The notes below the pieces were generated by a model that was not told where the DNA came from, made no database searches, and worked only from the letters and a program-made list of their open reading frames with translations. 28,815 nucleotides of DNA from Deinococcales bacterium. GTDB lineage: Bacteria > Deinococcota > Deinococci > Deinococcales > JAAFIG01. The DNA is taken from positions 1-28,815 of the forward strand of contig JANNVX010000042.1 of assembly GCA_031414595.1 (NCBI GenBank), given 5' to 3'. Positions 16,122 through 26,185 of the stretch are shown piece by piece (position 1 is the stretch's first letter; every line of letters starts with the position of its first letter). The translations under genes were made by a program, and so were the position numbers.

Positions 16122-17699
16122 ATGCGATTTGCAATTTTTGGAGTGTTGGCGCTGATGCTGGGCGTAGCGGCGGTTGGACAATCTAGCTTGGATATTCCCA
16201 AGTTTATAGATGAAACAGCTTCAAGTGGCATTGTGGATCGTTATGAGGGCGATTGGGAATATATGGTTGGTGGTGGCACAGCCGTTTTTGATTGCGACGG
16301 AGATGCCTACCCCGAAATTTTTATAGCGGGTGGCACAAACCCAGCCACACTTTACCGAAATTTATCAAGACGTGGTGGAACACTGCGTTTTTCGAGAATG
16401 CTTTCTGGTCTCGAGTTAAGCCAAGTAACTGGCGCATATCCGCTTGATGTGGATGCAGATGACAACACCGACCTGATGGTTTTACGGGTCGGTGACAATG
16501 TGCTTTTTCGTGGTTTGGGTGCTTGTAAATTCGAGAATGCCAATAGGCTCTGGAATTTTACAACCGAAGATGCTTGGCACACGGCTTTTTCTGCCACTTG
16601 GGAGGGCGGGCAAACCTTACCAACGCTTGCTATTGGTTCGTACATAGACCGCAGCCAAAGCGATTACCCTTGGGGCAGTTGCACCAATAACACCTTGATT
16701 CGTCCAGCCTCGAGTACGGCTTACGCTGCGCCAACCCCTCTGCGCCCAAGTTACTGCGCCTTATCTATGTTGTTTTCTGATTGGAACAGGTCTGGCACAC
16801 CAAGTCTGCGGGTTTCTAACGACCGCGAATATTACAAGGGTGGTCAAGAACAACTCTGGAAAGTAGACCCTAACCAAGTACCGCGTTTATACACCGAAGA
16901 CGAAGGTTGGCGGCGTTTACAAATTTGGGGTATGGGTATTGCCAGTCATGACCTAAACGGCGATGGTCTGCCCGAGTATTACCTGACCAGCATGGCAGAC
17001 CAAAAATTACAAATCCTAGCCAAAGATGCCAGCCGACCACAGTACGCCGATGTTGCTTTTGCTAGGGGAGTAACTGCCCACCGCCCATACACGGGTGATA
17101 ACACCCACCCAAGCACGGGTTGGCACGCCCAATTTGAAGATGTCAATAACGACACTCGAGCCGATTTATTTGTGGCTAAAGGCAACGTCGCTTCAATGCC
17201 AGACTTTGCCATGTCCGACCCCAATAATTTATTATTACAACAACCAAATGGTACATTTCTCGAAGTCGGCGACCAAGCCGGTGTTGCCAGTGGTAAACGC
17301 GGACGCGGTGCAATGTTGAGCGATTTTAACCTAGATGGCGCTCTGGATTTAGTCGTGGTCAACCGTTGGGACTTGGCAGAAATTTGGCGCAACACGATTA
17401 AAAATAATTGGCTACAAATAAAACTTTTGCAACCCGGAGGCAACCGCAACGCGATAGGCAGTTGGGTCGAACTTAAACTCGAGAATGGAACAACCCTGCG
17501 CCGAGAAATCACGATTGGTGGCGGTCATGCCAGTGGGCAACTTGGCTGGACACATTTTGGCTTAGGCACAAACAAAACCGCCCAAGTGCGAATCCAATAC
17601 CCTGATGGCATCTGGAGCGACTGGCAACCAGTCTCGAGTAACCAGTTTTATCACTTTGAGCGCAATCAAGCCGCCAAAGTATGGACACCAAAGCGCTAA
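16122..17699 (+). CDS. CRTAC1/ASPIC-UnbV family FG-GAP repeat protein
   Basis: Signal peptide; repeated D.D/N.DG..D/E motifs; C-terminal NRNAIGS.V...GGG..S....HFGLG. TAAGCT lies 7 nt before ATG 16122. Confidence 0.9.
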   Translation: MRFAIFGVLALMLGVAAVGQSSLDIPKFIDETASSGIVDRYEGDWEYMVGGGTAVFDCDGDAYPEIFIAGGTNPATLYRNLSRRGGTLRFSRMLSGLELSQVTGAYPLDVDADDNTDLMVLRVGDNVLFRGLGACKFENANRLWNFTTEDAWHTAFSATWEGGQTLPTLAIGSYIDRSQSDYPWGSCTNNTLIRPASSTAYAAPTPLRPSYCALSMLFSDWNRSGTPSLRVSNDREYYKGGQEQLWKVDPNQVPRLYTEDEGWRRLQIWGMGIASHDLNGDGLPEYYLTSMADQKLQILAKDASRPQYADVAFARGVTAHRPYTGDNTHPSTGWHAQFEDVNNDTRADLFVAKGNVASMPDFAMSDPNNLLLQQPNGTFLEVGDQAGVASGKRGRGAMLSDFNLDGALDLVVVNRWDLAEIWRNTIKNNWLQIKLLQPGGNRNAIGSWVELKLENGTTLRREITIGGGHASGQLGWTHFGLGTNKTAQVRIQYPDGIWSDWQPVSSNQFYHFERNQAAKVWTPKR

Positions 17700-17868
17700 T
17701 TTTTCTCTTTTATCCTTCGTCTGTCCTTAATAACCCACGCTTCTCACGCACACTTCACCCGATGCCAAGGTCGGCTTCGTAAACTTCTGCCCGATACCAA
17801 GCCTACGGGCAGAAAACACCACGAATACCTTAAGCTGCCACTCGAGGTATTCAAACCAAGGAGAACTT

Positions 17869-19011
17869 GTGCTTCAACGTTTCCAAATTATGCTTTTCGC
17901 CCTCTTAGGCACTGCTTTGCTGCCAGCCTTGGCACAAACCCAACAACCGACCACACCTGCTCGCCAAAACACCTGTGTGCAATACATGCCATTGGGTAAA
18001 ATTTACCTTGGACAAGGCTTAACAGACCAAGCCTATCTTGCTTTTAGCAGTTGTGTCACCTTAGAACCCAATAACACCGAAGCACTGCATTGGCTTGGGA
18101 GCACCGAAACCAAGCTGAAACTCTTTTCTCCGGCAGTTGAACATCTTAAAAAATGTATTTCGGTGGATGGCAAATACTGGCGTTGTTATGTTTCCTTAGC
18201 CGATGCCTACCGTTTTCAGTGGCGTTCCTCGAGTGACCGCAGCCGTTTAACTTCGCTGCTCGACGAAGCCCTCAAAGTGCTTGATGATGCTGAACGGGTT
18301 ACCACCACCAACGATAGCAAAGCCGCCGTTTACAACATGCGAGGCACAATTTTTAAGGACCGAGGCGATGCCACCAAAGCAATAGAAAGTTTTGAACGGG
18401 CTGTGGCATTATCACCAAATTCGGCCGTGATTCTTTTTAATTTAGGGGCTTTGTACGTCTCGACCAATAAACTTGATAAAGCCATCGAAGTGCTAAAACG
18501 CGCCGTCAATATCATGCCAAGAGATGCCGAATTCCGAGCCTATTTAGCCAGAGCTTATCGCGCCCGTAACGAAAAGGGCGACCTCGATTTAGCAGCCGAC
18601 CAAGCCACCCAAGCCTATAATCTATGTGGTGCGACCCGTTGCAAAAATGCCTTTGTGATTGGGCAATACGGCATTGTCTTGTTTTTACAAACCAATCTCA
18701 ATTTGGCACGCCCAACACTCGAGCAATCCATAAAAGCCGACACAGGTGCGATTTACCATGAAAACTCGTATTTCTTAGGCAGGGCATACTTACAACTCGG
18801 CAGAGCCAAAGATGCCAAAGCCCAATTTAGCCGTTCTGTCTTCTTGAATGTAGACAACGAACTGTATTGGTATTGGCTAGGACAATCCAACGAAGCCCTA
18901 GGCGAAAAAGAAGACGCTTGTAAAAACTATGCCAAAGCCATTCAATTTGCTGGTGGCGCAGGGCAATACAAAGAGGCGGAAAAAGCATCCATTGCCTTGA
19001 AGTGCAAGTAA
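17869..19011 (+). CDS. Exported tetratricopeptide-repeat protein
   Basis: AAGGAG RBS and GTG start; signal peptide ending ALA; multiple TPR motifs; several Cys pairs. Confidence 0.9.
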   Translation: MLQRFQIMLFALLGTALLPALAQTQQPTTPARQNTCVQYMPLGKIYLGQGLTDQAYLAFSSCVTLEPNNTEALHWLGSTETKLKLFSPAVEHLKKCISVDGKYWRCYVSLADAYRFQWRSSSDRSRLTSLLDEALKVLDDAERVTTTNDSKAAVYNMRGTIFKDRGDATKAIESFERAVALSPNSAVILFNLGALYVSTNKLDKAIEVLKRAVNIMPRDAEFRAYLARAYRARNEKGDLDLAADQATQAYNLCGATRCKNAFVIGQYGIVLFLQTNLNLARPTLEQSIKADTGAIYHENSYFLGRAYLQLGRAKDAKAQFSRSVFLNVDNELYWYWLGQSNEALGEKEDACKNYAKAIQFAGGAGQYKEAEKASIALKCK

Positions 19012-19033
19012 TAAAATCAGAGAAAAGAGGAAG

Positions 19034-19062
19034 GAGGAAGCCTAAAGGGTTTCCTCTTTTTT
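19034..19062 (+). terminator. Intrinsic terminator
   Basis: GAGGAAGCC-loop-GGTTTCCTC followed by TTTTTT. Confidence 0.7.
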
Positions 19063-19070
19063 CTTTCCTT

Positions 19071-19727
19071 CTAGCCTTTAATCTGTCCATCCTCGAGCCG
19101 AATGATTCGGTCTGCTTTCTCAGCAAGGGCTTCGTCATGGGTGACAATCACCACTGCTGCCTGCTCATAGTGAGCTAAATCCACCAGCAGCGCAAAAACC
19201 CGTTCGGCATTGGCACGGTCTAAACTGCCCGTCGGTTCATCTGCTAAAACAAAATTGGGTTTTGTGACCAGCGCCCTTGCCAAAGCACAACGTTGGCGCT
19301 CGCCACCAGACAGGGTACGCGGATACGCATTGGCACGGTTTTGTAACCCTACCCGCTCGAGTAGCATTTTGGCTCGAGCTTGATTGGGCGCACCTGCAAT
19401 CAGGCTTGGCAACATCACGTTTTCTAAAGTGCTTAAATCCTCGAGCAGATAATGATGTTGGAAAACAAAGCCGACTTCTTTGGCACGGCGTTTGGCTAGT
19501 TTTTCTTGGCTCACACCAATAAGGCTACTTCCTCCCCAAATCACTTCGCCAGAAGTCGGGGCTTCTAAACCTCCCAGTAAATGCAGCAAGGTACTTTTAC
19601 CACTGCCTGAAGGACCTAAAACAGCCAGAACACAACCCGCTTCTAGGGCAAAACTAACGCCTTGCAGGACATCACCTGTACTTGGAAAACGATGAAAAAT
19701 GGCTCTGACCTCGAGTGAAAACACCAT
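19071..19727 (-). CDS. ABC transporter ATP-binding protein (LolD-like)
   Basis: Walker A GPSGSGKS; GFVFQ.H.LL; LSGGE; LADEPTG.LD; VTHD. Start uncertain (19727 or 19742). No permease adjacent. Confidence 0.9.
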   Translation of the reverse strand: MVFSLEVRAIFHRFPSTGDVLQGVSFALEAGCVLAVLGPSGSGKSTLLHLLGGLEAPTSGEVIWGGSSLIGVSQEKLAKRRAKEVGFVFQHHYLLEDLSTLENVMLPSLIAGAPNQARAKMLLERVGLQNRANAYPRTLSGGERQRCALARALVTKPNFVLADEPTGSLDRANAERVFALLVDLAHYEQAAVVIVTHDEALAEKADRIIRLEDGQIKG

Positions 19728-19765
19728 AACGATAAAAAACATACCACACGTGCTAAAATCCTTTT

Positions 19766-20470
19766 GTGGACACCATCCGTTCGGGGCTAGAGCGTTCTTC
19801 GTTGTTTAGCGGAGCGCCAGAAGCAGCCATTAAAATGGCGCTTGAAGCCACCACCATCCGAAACTTTGCCCCAGATTCCGAGATTTTTAGAGAAGACGAC
19901 CCCGGAGAAGCGGTCTATATGATTGTTGAAGGACGGGTCAAAGTTTCGAGGGCGAATTTAGAGGGACGTGAACGCATCTTTACCATCCTCAGCAGCCCAG
20001 AGGTACTTGGCGAAATGGCGGTCATCTCGAGTACCTTGCGGAGCGCTACCGCCTACTGCATAGACCAAGTGACGACACTGGTGATTTACCGCGAAGACCT
20101 GAAAGCCATTCTCGATAGACACCCGCATGTGCTATGGAACTTAACCAGAATTCTAGCCAAGCGCTTAGGCGATATGAACCGCGAAGTCGAAATGCTTTCT
20201 TTTGCCAGTACCCAAGCCTGTGTTGCTTATGCACTGCAAGGATTGTACTTGCGAGGCGGCTTCAAGAGCGGCAAGGACGGATTACCGACCCTAGAATTTA
20301 CCCATCAAGACCTTGCCAACCGCACAGGCAACAGCCGCGAAACGATTACAAGGGTTTTGCGTGACCTCGAGAAAGAAAGCATCATCAAAACCCGTCCGGG
20401 TTTAATTGCACTGCTAAAACCAGAGGCACTAGAAGCGATTATTTTTGGTTTACGTGACAAAGATGAGTGA
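19766..20470 (+). CDS. Crp/Fnr family transcriptional regulator
   Basis: cNMP-binding GE...RSA; HTH THQDLA..G.SRETITR. Leaderless GTG 6 nt after TGcTAAAAT. Confidence 0.93.
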   Translation: MDTIRSGLERSSLFSGAPEAAIKMALEATTIRNFAPDSEIFREDDPGEAVYMIVEGRVKVSRANLEGRERIFTILSSPEVLGEMAVISSTLRSATAYCIDQVTTLVIYREDLKAILDRHPHVLWNLTRILAKRLGDMNREVEMLSFASTQACVAYALQGLYLRGGFKSGKDGLPTLEFTHQDLANRTGNSRETITRVLRDLEKESIIKTRPGLIALLKPEALEAIIFGLRDKDE

Positions 20471-20533
20471 GTCCTAAACAGCAAATATAGAATTCCTCAC
20501 GGTAAATAAGTAAAAACGCAGTAGACTTTTAGG

Positions 20534-21025
20534 ATGCGTTATTTTTTCTTACTTGGATTGATTGTACTTGCGGCTTGCGCTCCAGCCCGTTTAGACCGCT
20601 CGAGTTACGCCAATGTTAATGTGATTAGCAACTTTTTACCAGATAAGGGTGAGGCTGCCAGTTATAAAGTTGGGGAGCAAGTTCGGTTTGGCTTTGCAGT
20701 TTCGCAATCTGGCTACCTGACCCTGATTTCTTATGGGGCAACGGGCAATACCGTGCCGCTCGAGAGCAATCTGCAACTGAGTACGGGTAAACACGTTTTC
20801 CCTCGAGCCGATGACCGTCAAGGCAGCGCCCAAGCTGCTTATGTGGTCGGTACGCCAACGGGCAATAACCGTGTGATTCTAATTTATACCAATGCGCCAA
20901 TTAAAACCCTGCCACGCGGTAAATTTGACCAAGGACAATTGGATGTCGCCGTTAAAACCGCCATTGAAAGCAGTCGCGCCAGCCAAGTAGATTTGGCTGA
21001 GACAGCCATTGAGGTGACACCATGA
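20534..21025 (+). CDS. DUF4384-like lipoprotein
   Basis: Lipobox LAAC; Y.VGE.V.F......GYL.L pattern, FP, P.G...V. TAGACT lies 6 nt before the ATG. Confidence 0.75.
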   Translation: MRYFFLLGLIVLAACAPARLDRSSYANVNVISNFLPDKGEAASYKVGEQVRFGFAVSQSGYLTLISYGATGNTVPLESNLQLSTGKHVFPRADDRQGSAQAAYVVGTPTGNNRVILIYTNAPIKTLPRGKFDQGQLDVAVKTAIESSRASQVDLAETAIEVTP

Positions 21026-22275
21026 AAGGTTACGCTGCCCTAACCGCTTTTTTAATGGTTGGTATGTTGGCTTGTAATTTGGTCACACCACCCCCAGCTT
21101 GTATCGCCGCCGCCGTTCAACCCGCCTCGAGTGTGGTTCAAGACCCAGCCGACTTAATTGCGGTTGCGCCAGCTTTTAAAGCAATAGACCCAAGCAGCAT
21201 CGATGCCGTCGAACCGAATCGTTTACTGACTGACCCAAGTGGCTTAGTGGTCGGCGACACGGTTGCCAGCAATTGTAACGATGGCATCATCCGAAAAATC
21301 AGTAAAATCACCACGCTGGGGGCAGTTGGCGCACGCCCCCAAGACATCGCTAAGGTCTACATCGAAACCACGCCCTCAAGCCTCGAGACCGCCATCACCA
21401 AAGGTACAGTCAATATGGATTTTGGCAGCCTTGACTTTGCTGGAGCAGAAATTTTGCCAGCCAACCTCGAGGCAGGGGTCAGTTTGCAACCCAATGTGGC
21501 TCGACCCCAATCGCTGATTTTAAGTTTTACCGAAAGAACTTTTGTATTTGGAGCAGCCACGCTCAAAGTCTCAGGCAATGTCGAAAATAATTTGCAACCG
21601 ACCTTTAACCTAAAATTCTCCAATGGCTCGGTTGAACGCTTTGAAGTTGGTATGGGTGGAACATTTAAGGTCAAGTTAAATGGCGATTTTGCGGCAACAG
21701 TCGGTGCGGGTAAGCCCGAAACGATTATCCCAATTCTTAAAAAACCAATTTCCTATAACCGCACTTTTTTGATTGGTGCAATTCCAGTCGTGATTGTTGT
21801 GACCCTCGAGCCAGTCATTGGCTACCGCATGACAGTCGATGGTACGGTAAGCGCTAAAGCCAGTATTGAAGCCAGCCTGAGCAATATGAAATATGGAATT
21901 AAGTATGTTCGTGGCGCTCAGAATCCGTGGACAGCCACCAATACGCCACCAACTTTTGGTCTGACTCCAACTTTTAGCTACAAGACCCAAATCAACGGTA
22001 CGGCTGAGGTTTTTGCTAAACTTTTGGTCGGCATTAAGGTTTACGGCGTGGCTGGTCCAAACATCGACAGCAAAGCCTTTATGAACCTCAACTTTAATCC
22101 TGCCAATTCCAATCCGTTAGCCGTGATGTCGATTGGTACAAAGTCAGTGGCAAATTTAGCCTTTGACCTCAATGTCCTTGGGGCTGGAGTTAATGTCAGC
22201 CTTGGTAATACAGTTTTGCTCGAGCCACCGAGTAAAGGCTTTAGCTGTACAACCACAGCCTGCACAGCACAGTAA
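21022..22275 (+). CDS. Beta-rich hypothetical lipoprotein
   Basis: Lipobox MLAC; ATGA overlap with the upstream gene; beta-strand-rich sequence. Confidence 0.75.
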   Translation: MKGYAALTAFLMVGMLACNLVTPPPACIAAAVQPASSVVQDPADLIAVAPAFKAIDPSSIDAVEPNRLLTDPSGLVVGDTVASNCNDGIIRKISKITTLGAVGARPQDIAKVYIETTPSSLETAITKGTVNMDFGSLDFAGAEILPANLEAGVSLQPNVARPQSLILSFTERTFVFGAATLKVSGNVENNLQPTFNLKFSNGSVERFEVGMGGTFKVKLNGDFAATVGAGKPETIIPILKKPISYNRTFLIGAIPVVIVVTLEPVIGYRMTVDGTVSAKASIEASLSNMKYGIKYVRGAQNPWTATNTPPTFGLTPTFSYKTQINGTAEVFAKLLVGIKVYGVAGPNIDSKAFMNLNFNPANSNPLAVMSIGTKSVANLAFDLNVLGAGVNVSLGNTVLLEPPSKGFSCTTTACTAQ

Positions 22276-22322
22276 CACCTATCCTTGCGCCGCAGACAAA
22301 AACAGGCTTAAACTAGACACAC

Positions 22323-24680
22323 ATGAAAAAGAGAATTGTATCGGGGACGCTCCTAGGCGTTGCGGTCATGGTTGCTTGTAGTCCAGCCGTCTTAAACACT
22401 CAAGGTATTCGGGGATTAACTGCCCCTGTAAACATCACCAAAGACCAATGGGGCGTGCCGCATATTCGAGCAAAAACCGACCTTGATGCCTTTTATGCCC
22501 AAGGTTTTGTTCATGCCCAAGACCGACTTTGGCAAATGGAACTGAACCGCCGCACAGGGGCTGGGCGCTTATCTGAAATTCTTGGGGCAGCCGCCTTAGA
22601 CCAAGATAAATTCCTTCGTACCTGGGGCTTTTACCGCGCCGCCGAAGCAGCCTACCCTGCCCTCGAGCCACGCAGTAAAGCCATTCTCGAGGCATACACG
22701 GCTGGCGTAAACGCCGTCATTGCCCAAGGCAATCTGCCGCTCGAGTTTGGCTTACTTGGTGCAAAACCAGAGCCTTGGAAACCCGCCGATAGTTTGGTCT
22801 GGTCAAAAATGCTGGCGTATAATTTAAGCAGCAATTGGAACAGCGAACTCGAGAACTCGGAGATTGCACGTAAGGTTGGCATCGCTGGTTTTAATGCCCT
22901 TAAACCCCAATACACCAAGCCCTACCCAAGCATCCTGCGTTTAGACGATTACAAAGGCAAATTAAACATTGCTGGACTCGAGCCGCCAGCCACCAAACCC
23001 GCCGTGATTTCGGCAGCTTTAGCCACCGCCATGCAAACCGTAGAAGCCACCGCTAAAACCCTGCGCGAACAATACGGGGTGGGTTACGAAGACGGCTTAG
23101 GCAGTAACAATTGGGTCGTATCTGGCTCTAGAACCGAATCCGGCAAGCCGCTTTTAGCCAACGACCCGCACCTTGGTTTCCAAGCCCCAAGCCTCTGGTA
23201 CTTAGCCGACATTAAAGGCGATACGCTATCCGCCATTGGCGCAACCCTGCCCGGCGTTCCTGGTGTGGTTCTTGGGCGCAACGAACGCATTGCATGGGGC
23301 GCAACCAACACTGCTCCAGACACCCAAGACTTGTTTGTACTTGAGGTCAAAGATGGGGCGTATAAAACCCCAAGCGGTATGGTCAAAATCGAGTCTCGAG
23401 AAGAAATTTTTAAGGTTGGCGGCAAAGAAGAAAAGTACACGATTCGCAGCAGTGCTTACGGTCCAATTATTTCAGACCTTGCAGCCGTTGGTGTAAAGCT
23501 CCCAGATACCCAAGCCATTGCCCTGCGCTTTGTGGCACTCGAACCGAACGACACCACTTTAGATGCCTTTATTGGCTTTAATTATGCGAAAAACTGGGAT
23601 GATTTCAAAACCGCCATGCGCCGCTACGTGACCCCGCAACAAAACTTTGTTTATGCCGATGACACGGGCAATATCGGTTACTATGCGCCCGGTAAAATCC
23701 CTGTTCGCAACTGGGATGGGCGTTTTCCTGCCACCGCCAGCAGTGGTGCAAATTGGAATGGTTACGCTGCCTTTGAAAACCTGCCCAATGTTTTTAATCC
23801 ACGCGAGGGTTTTATTGTCACCGCTAACAACCGCACCCTGCCCTTTGGCGCAAGCCAAACCGAATACAGCACCTACACCGAAGGCTACCGCGCCCAGCGC
23901 ATCCGCGAACTGATTCTCGAGACCCCAAAGCACACGGTTGCCACGATGCGAGCCGCCCAAGCCGACAACGAAAGCCTTGTCTCGAGGGAATTGATACCTG
24001 GCTTACTGGCACTGACCGCAAAATCTGATGCTGCTAAACGCATGCAAAACGAAGTCAAGCAATGGGATAACAAAGCGGGCATTGACAGCACAGGCGCAAC
24101 TGCCTTTGCTTTTTACTACCGCGAATTAACCCGTGTACTCGAAGACGAAATCGGCAGCAAATACTATGATGAACCCAATTTTCTGATTCCAGCCTTCACC
24201 AAAGGCAGCCCTTACTGCGACGACAAACGCACCGCCGCCCTCGAGACCTGTGCTTTAATCATGCAAAACGCCCTCGAGAATGGAGCAGCAGCCTTAGAAA
24301 AGCAACTAGGAAGCAGCCCTGCTGAATGGACATGGCGCAGGGTTCATATTGCCCAATTCAACGCCACGATTGGCAGTAATCCAACGATTGGATTTTTTGT
24401 TAATCGCAGTATTCCCGCCAATGGCAGCCGCCTGACGGTCAATGTTGGCAATTACAACCAAGAAACGTTTATCCAACGTTCAGGACCAAGTTACCGCAGT
24501 ATTTTTGACTTCTCGAGCCTGAATAAAAGCCGTTACATTCACCCAATGGGACAGAGCGGCGACCCGTTCTCGAAGGATTACGATAATTTACTTTCGCTCT
24601 GGCGCGATGGCTTAGATATTCCTATGAGTCAAGCCTCGAGTGACTGGGGGACTGGCGTTACGCTCGAGCTTAAGCCCTAA
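22323..24680 (+). CDS. Penicillin acylase / AHL-acylase family Ntn-hydrolase (peptidase S45), probable lipoprotein
   Basis: WGVPHI, AQDRLWQM, GSNNW (nucleophile Ser), LANDPHL, QNFVYAD, GQSG. Lipobox-like MVAC. Confidence 0.95.
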   Translation: MKKRIVSGTLLGVAVMVACSPAVLNTQGIRGLTAPVNITKDQWGVPHIRAKTDLDAFYAQGFVHAQDRLWQMELNRRTGAGRLSEILGAAALDQDKFLRTWGFYRAAEAAYPALEPRSKAILEAYTAGVNAVIAQGNLPLEFGLLGAKPEPWKPADSLVWSKMLAYNLSSNWNSELENSEIARKVGIAGFNALKPQYTKPYPSILRLDDYKGKLNIAGLEPPATKPAVISAALATAMQTVEATAKTLREQYGVGYEDGLGSNNWVVSGSRTESGKPLLANDPHLGFQAPSLWYLADIKGDTLSAIGATLPGVPGVVLGRNERIAWGATNTAPDTQDLFVLEVKDGAYKTPSGMVKIESREEIFKVGGKEEKYTIRSSAYGPIISDLAAVGVKLPDTQAIALRFVALEPNDTTLDAFIGFNYAKNWDDFKTAMRRYVTPQQNFVYADDTGNIGYYAPGKIPVRNWDGRFPATASSGANWNGYAAFENLPNVFNPREGFIVTANNRTLPFGASQTEYSTYTEGYRAQRIRELILETPKHTVATMRAAQADNESLVSRELIPGLLALTAKSDAAKRMQNEVKQWDNKAGIDSTGATAFAFYYRELTRVLEDEIGSKYYDEPNFLIPAFTKGSPYCDDKRTAALETCALIMQNALENGAAALEKQLGSSPAEWTWRRVHIAQFNATIGSNPTIGFFVNRSIPANGSRLTVNVGNYNQETFIQRSGPSYRSIFDFSSLNKSRYIHPMGQSGDPFSKDYDNLLSLWRDGLDIPMSQASSDWGTGVTLELKP

Positions 24681-24683
24681 GTT

Positions 24684-26156
24684 TTAGGTTGTAGGTGCAG
24701 TGTCCTCGAGAGGCACTGCACTTTTTTGTTGTGGGTCTGGAATGGCTTTAGCGCGTTCAATCCCAACCCAAGCCATAAGTGCCACCACCACATGGATGGG
24801 TTCAACCTGCATTGCTGGAAACCATGTCAAGTAATAAAACAGAATTCCAATGAGAACCCATGTCCAAATTTTGTCAGACTGGCTTCCAAAACGCCATGAC
24901 CAGTAAATTGGATAAAGATAAATATATAACCAAATGAAAACGCTAAAAATGCCGTAAGCCACCAGACGGTCAAGCCAAAAATTATGGGCTTTATCCCAAC
25001 TAAATTCAAGATCAATATAACGTGCTGGTTTACCCTCCAATTTCACAAATTCTATTCTTAACATCTGGTCGCGTTCAGTTTCACCAGCCCCAGGAATCAC
25101 TTCGACTTTTTTTAGAACCGTTTTTTCTGTCCATCCGAGTTCAACTCGGGTTAAATTTGTCAAATCTTCCACAGGTGGATTTCGTAACTGAGCTAAACGA
25201 AGCGCATCAGAACCGCCTCCAATCCAAGGCGCACCTGCAATTTGGGGTAAAAGTTTAAGGGTCAGCCTCCACATCATGAACCGTGTTGTTGTTGTCGTAG
25301 AGTCCTGTAAATCACGCAAAGTATCTGGTTGAGGTAGAATAGCTCGAGCATAAAATAGCGTTAGAACTACTGCCCCCGTTAAAACTAGACTTTGCCAAGT
25401 TCGTCGAACCAATAAAATCCCAACCAATCCCAAAACACATGCCAGCAACGAAGTCCGATTACTGATTAACGAAATTGTGACGGCATTAAATAACAAAAAA
25501 ACATATAAAAACCATTTTGTTTTTTTAAAAGAATCTATTTGAACCACAGCAATTAACAACAAAGGCATTAAAAAACCAGCCACAAAACCAGGATGTGCCA
25601 ACAAACCAGTGTGAACTGCTAGAGGTTGCCAACGACGCGCCAGCGTTAAAGGATCAAAACCAAAATACTGACCAATAAAAATAATGGCTTGAATTAATCC
25701 ACCCAACAATAACCAAAACACCAAACGATTTCGCAAATCTGGCAAGTTCCTGAGTGTTTGCCAAGCAGAAACAATAAACAAACAAAGAAAAGTCTGATAA
25801 AGCAAACCATCAAACCGACCTCGAGCGCCAAGTAACACATAGGTCAACTGATCTTTAGAAAGTAAACTCGAGATCAGTACGAACAGAAAATAAACACCCA
25901 CGACCCGAACCAAAGGGTGCTTAAAATCTATACTCGAACGACACTCCGAAAAACCTAGCAGGGTCAGAACGCCAAGAAAAAGGAGCTTGGGAAGCATTAA
26001 AAAGAGTTCAGTAGCTTGAAAAAGATTTTCTTGTTCAATAATAACAGGACGATAAAATAATGCCCCCGGGAAAAAGATAAAGCTAAATGCAAAGGCAAAT
26101 ACAAGTAACCAAGAACCTTTGGCTAAGAATTGTTTGGGTTCTTGATAAGTGTTCAT
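24684..26156 (-). CDS. O-antigen ligase-like (Wzy_C) membrane protein, candidate pilin O-oligosaccharyltransferase
   Basis: Multi-TM; R.DG, S.R.S, TR..MW, P.IG.G, DKAHN..LD..V.YG. Confidence 0.8.
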   Translation of the reverse strand: MNTYQEPKQFLAKGSWLLVFAFAFSFIFFPGALFYRPVIIEQENLFQATELFLMLPKLLFLGVLTLLGFSECRSSIDFKHPLVRVVGVYFLFVLISSLLSKDQLTYVLLGARGRFDGLLYQTFLCLFIVSAWQTLRNLPDLRNRLVFWLLLGGLIQAIIFIGQYFGFDPLTLARRWQPLAVHTGLLAHPGFVAGFLMPLLLIAVVQIDSFKKTKWFLYVFLLFNAVTISLISNRTSLLACVLGLVGILLVRRTWQSLVLTGAVVLTLFYARAILPQPDTLRDLQDSTTTTTRFMMWRLTLKLLPQIAGAPWIGGGSDALRLAQLRNPPVEDLTNLTRVELGWTEKTVLKKVEVIPGAGETERDQMLRIEFVKLEGKPARYIDLEFSWDKAHNFWLDRLVAYGIFSVFIWLYIYLYPIYWSWRFGSQSDKIWTWVLIGILFYYLTWFPAMQVEPIHVVVALMAWVGIERAKAIPDPQQKSAVPLEDTAPTT

Positions 26157-26185
26157 GAATGCAAAATCCGCCGTATACTAGCACG

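Noticed and set aside
16850-16865. GTGGTCAAGAA match to the start of the 39-mer
   Set aside because: Lies inside an uninterrupted coding motif (GGQEQ); the rest of the element is absent, so likely chance.
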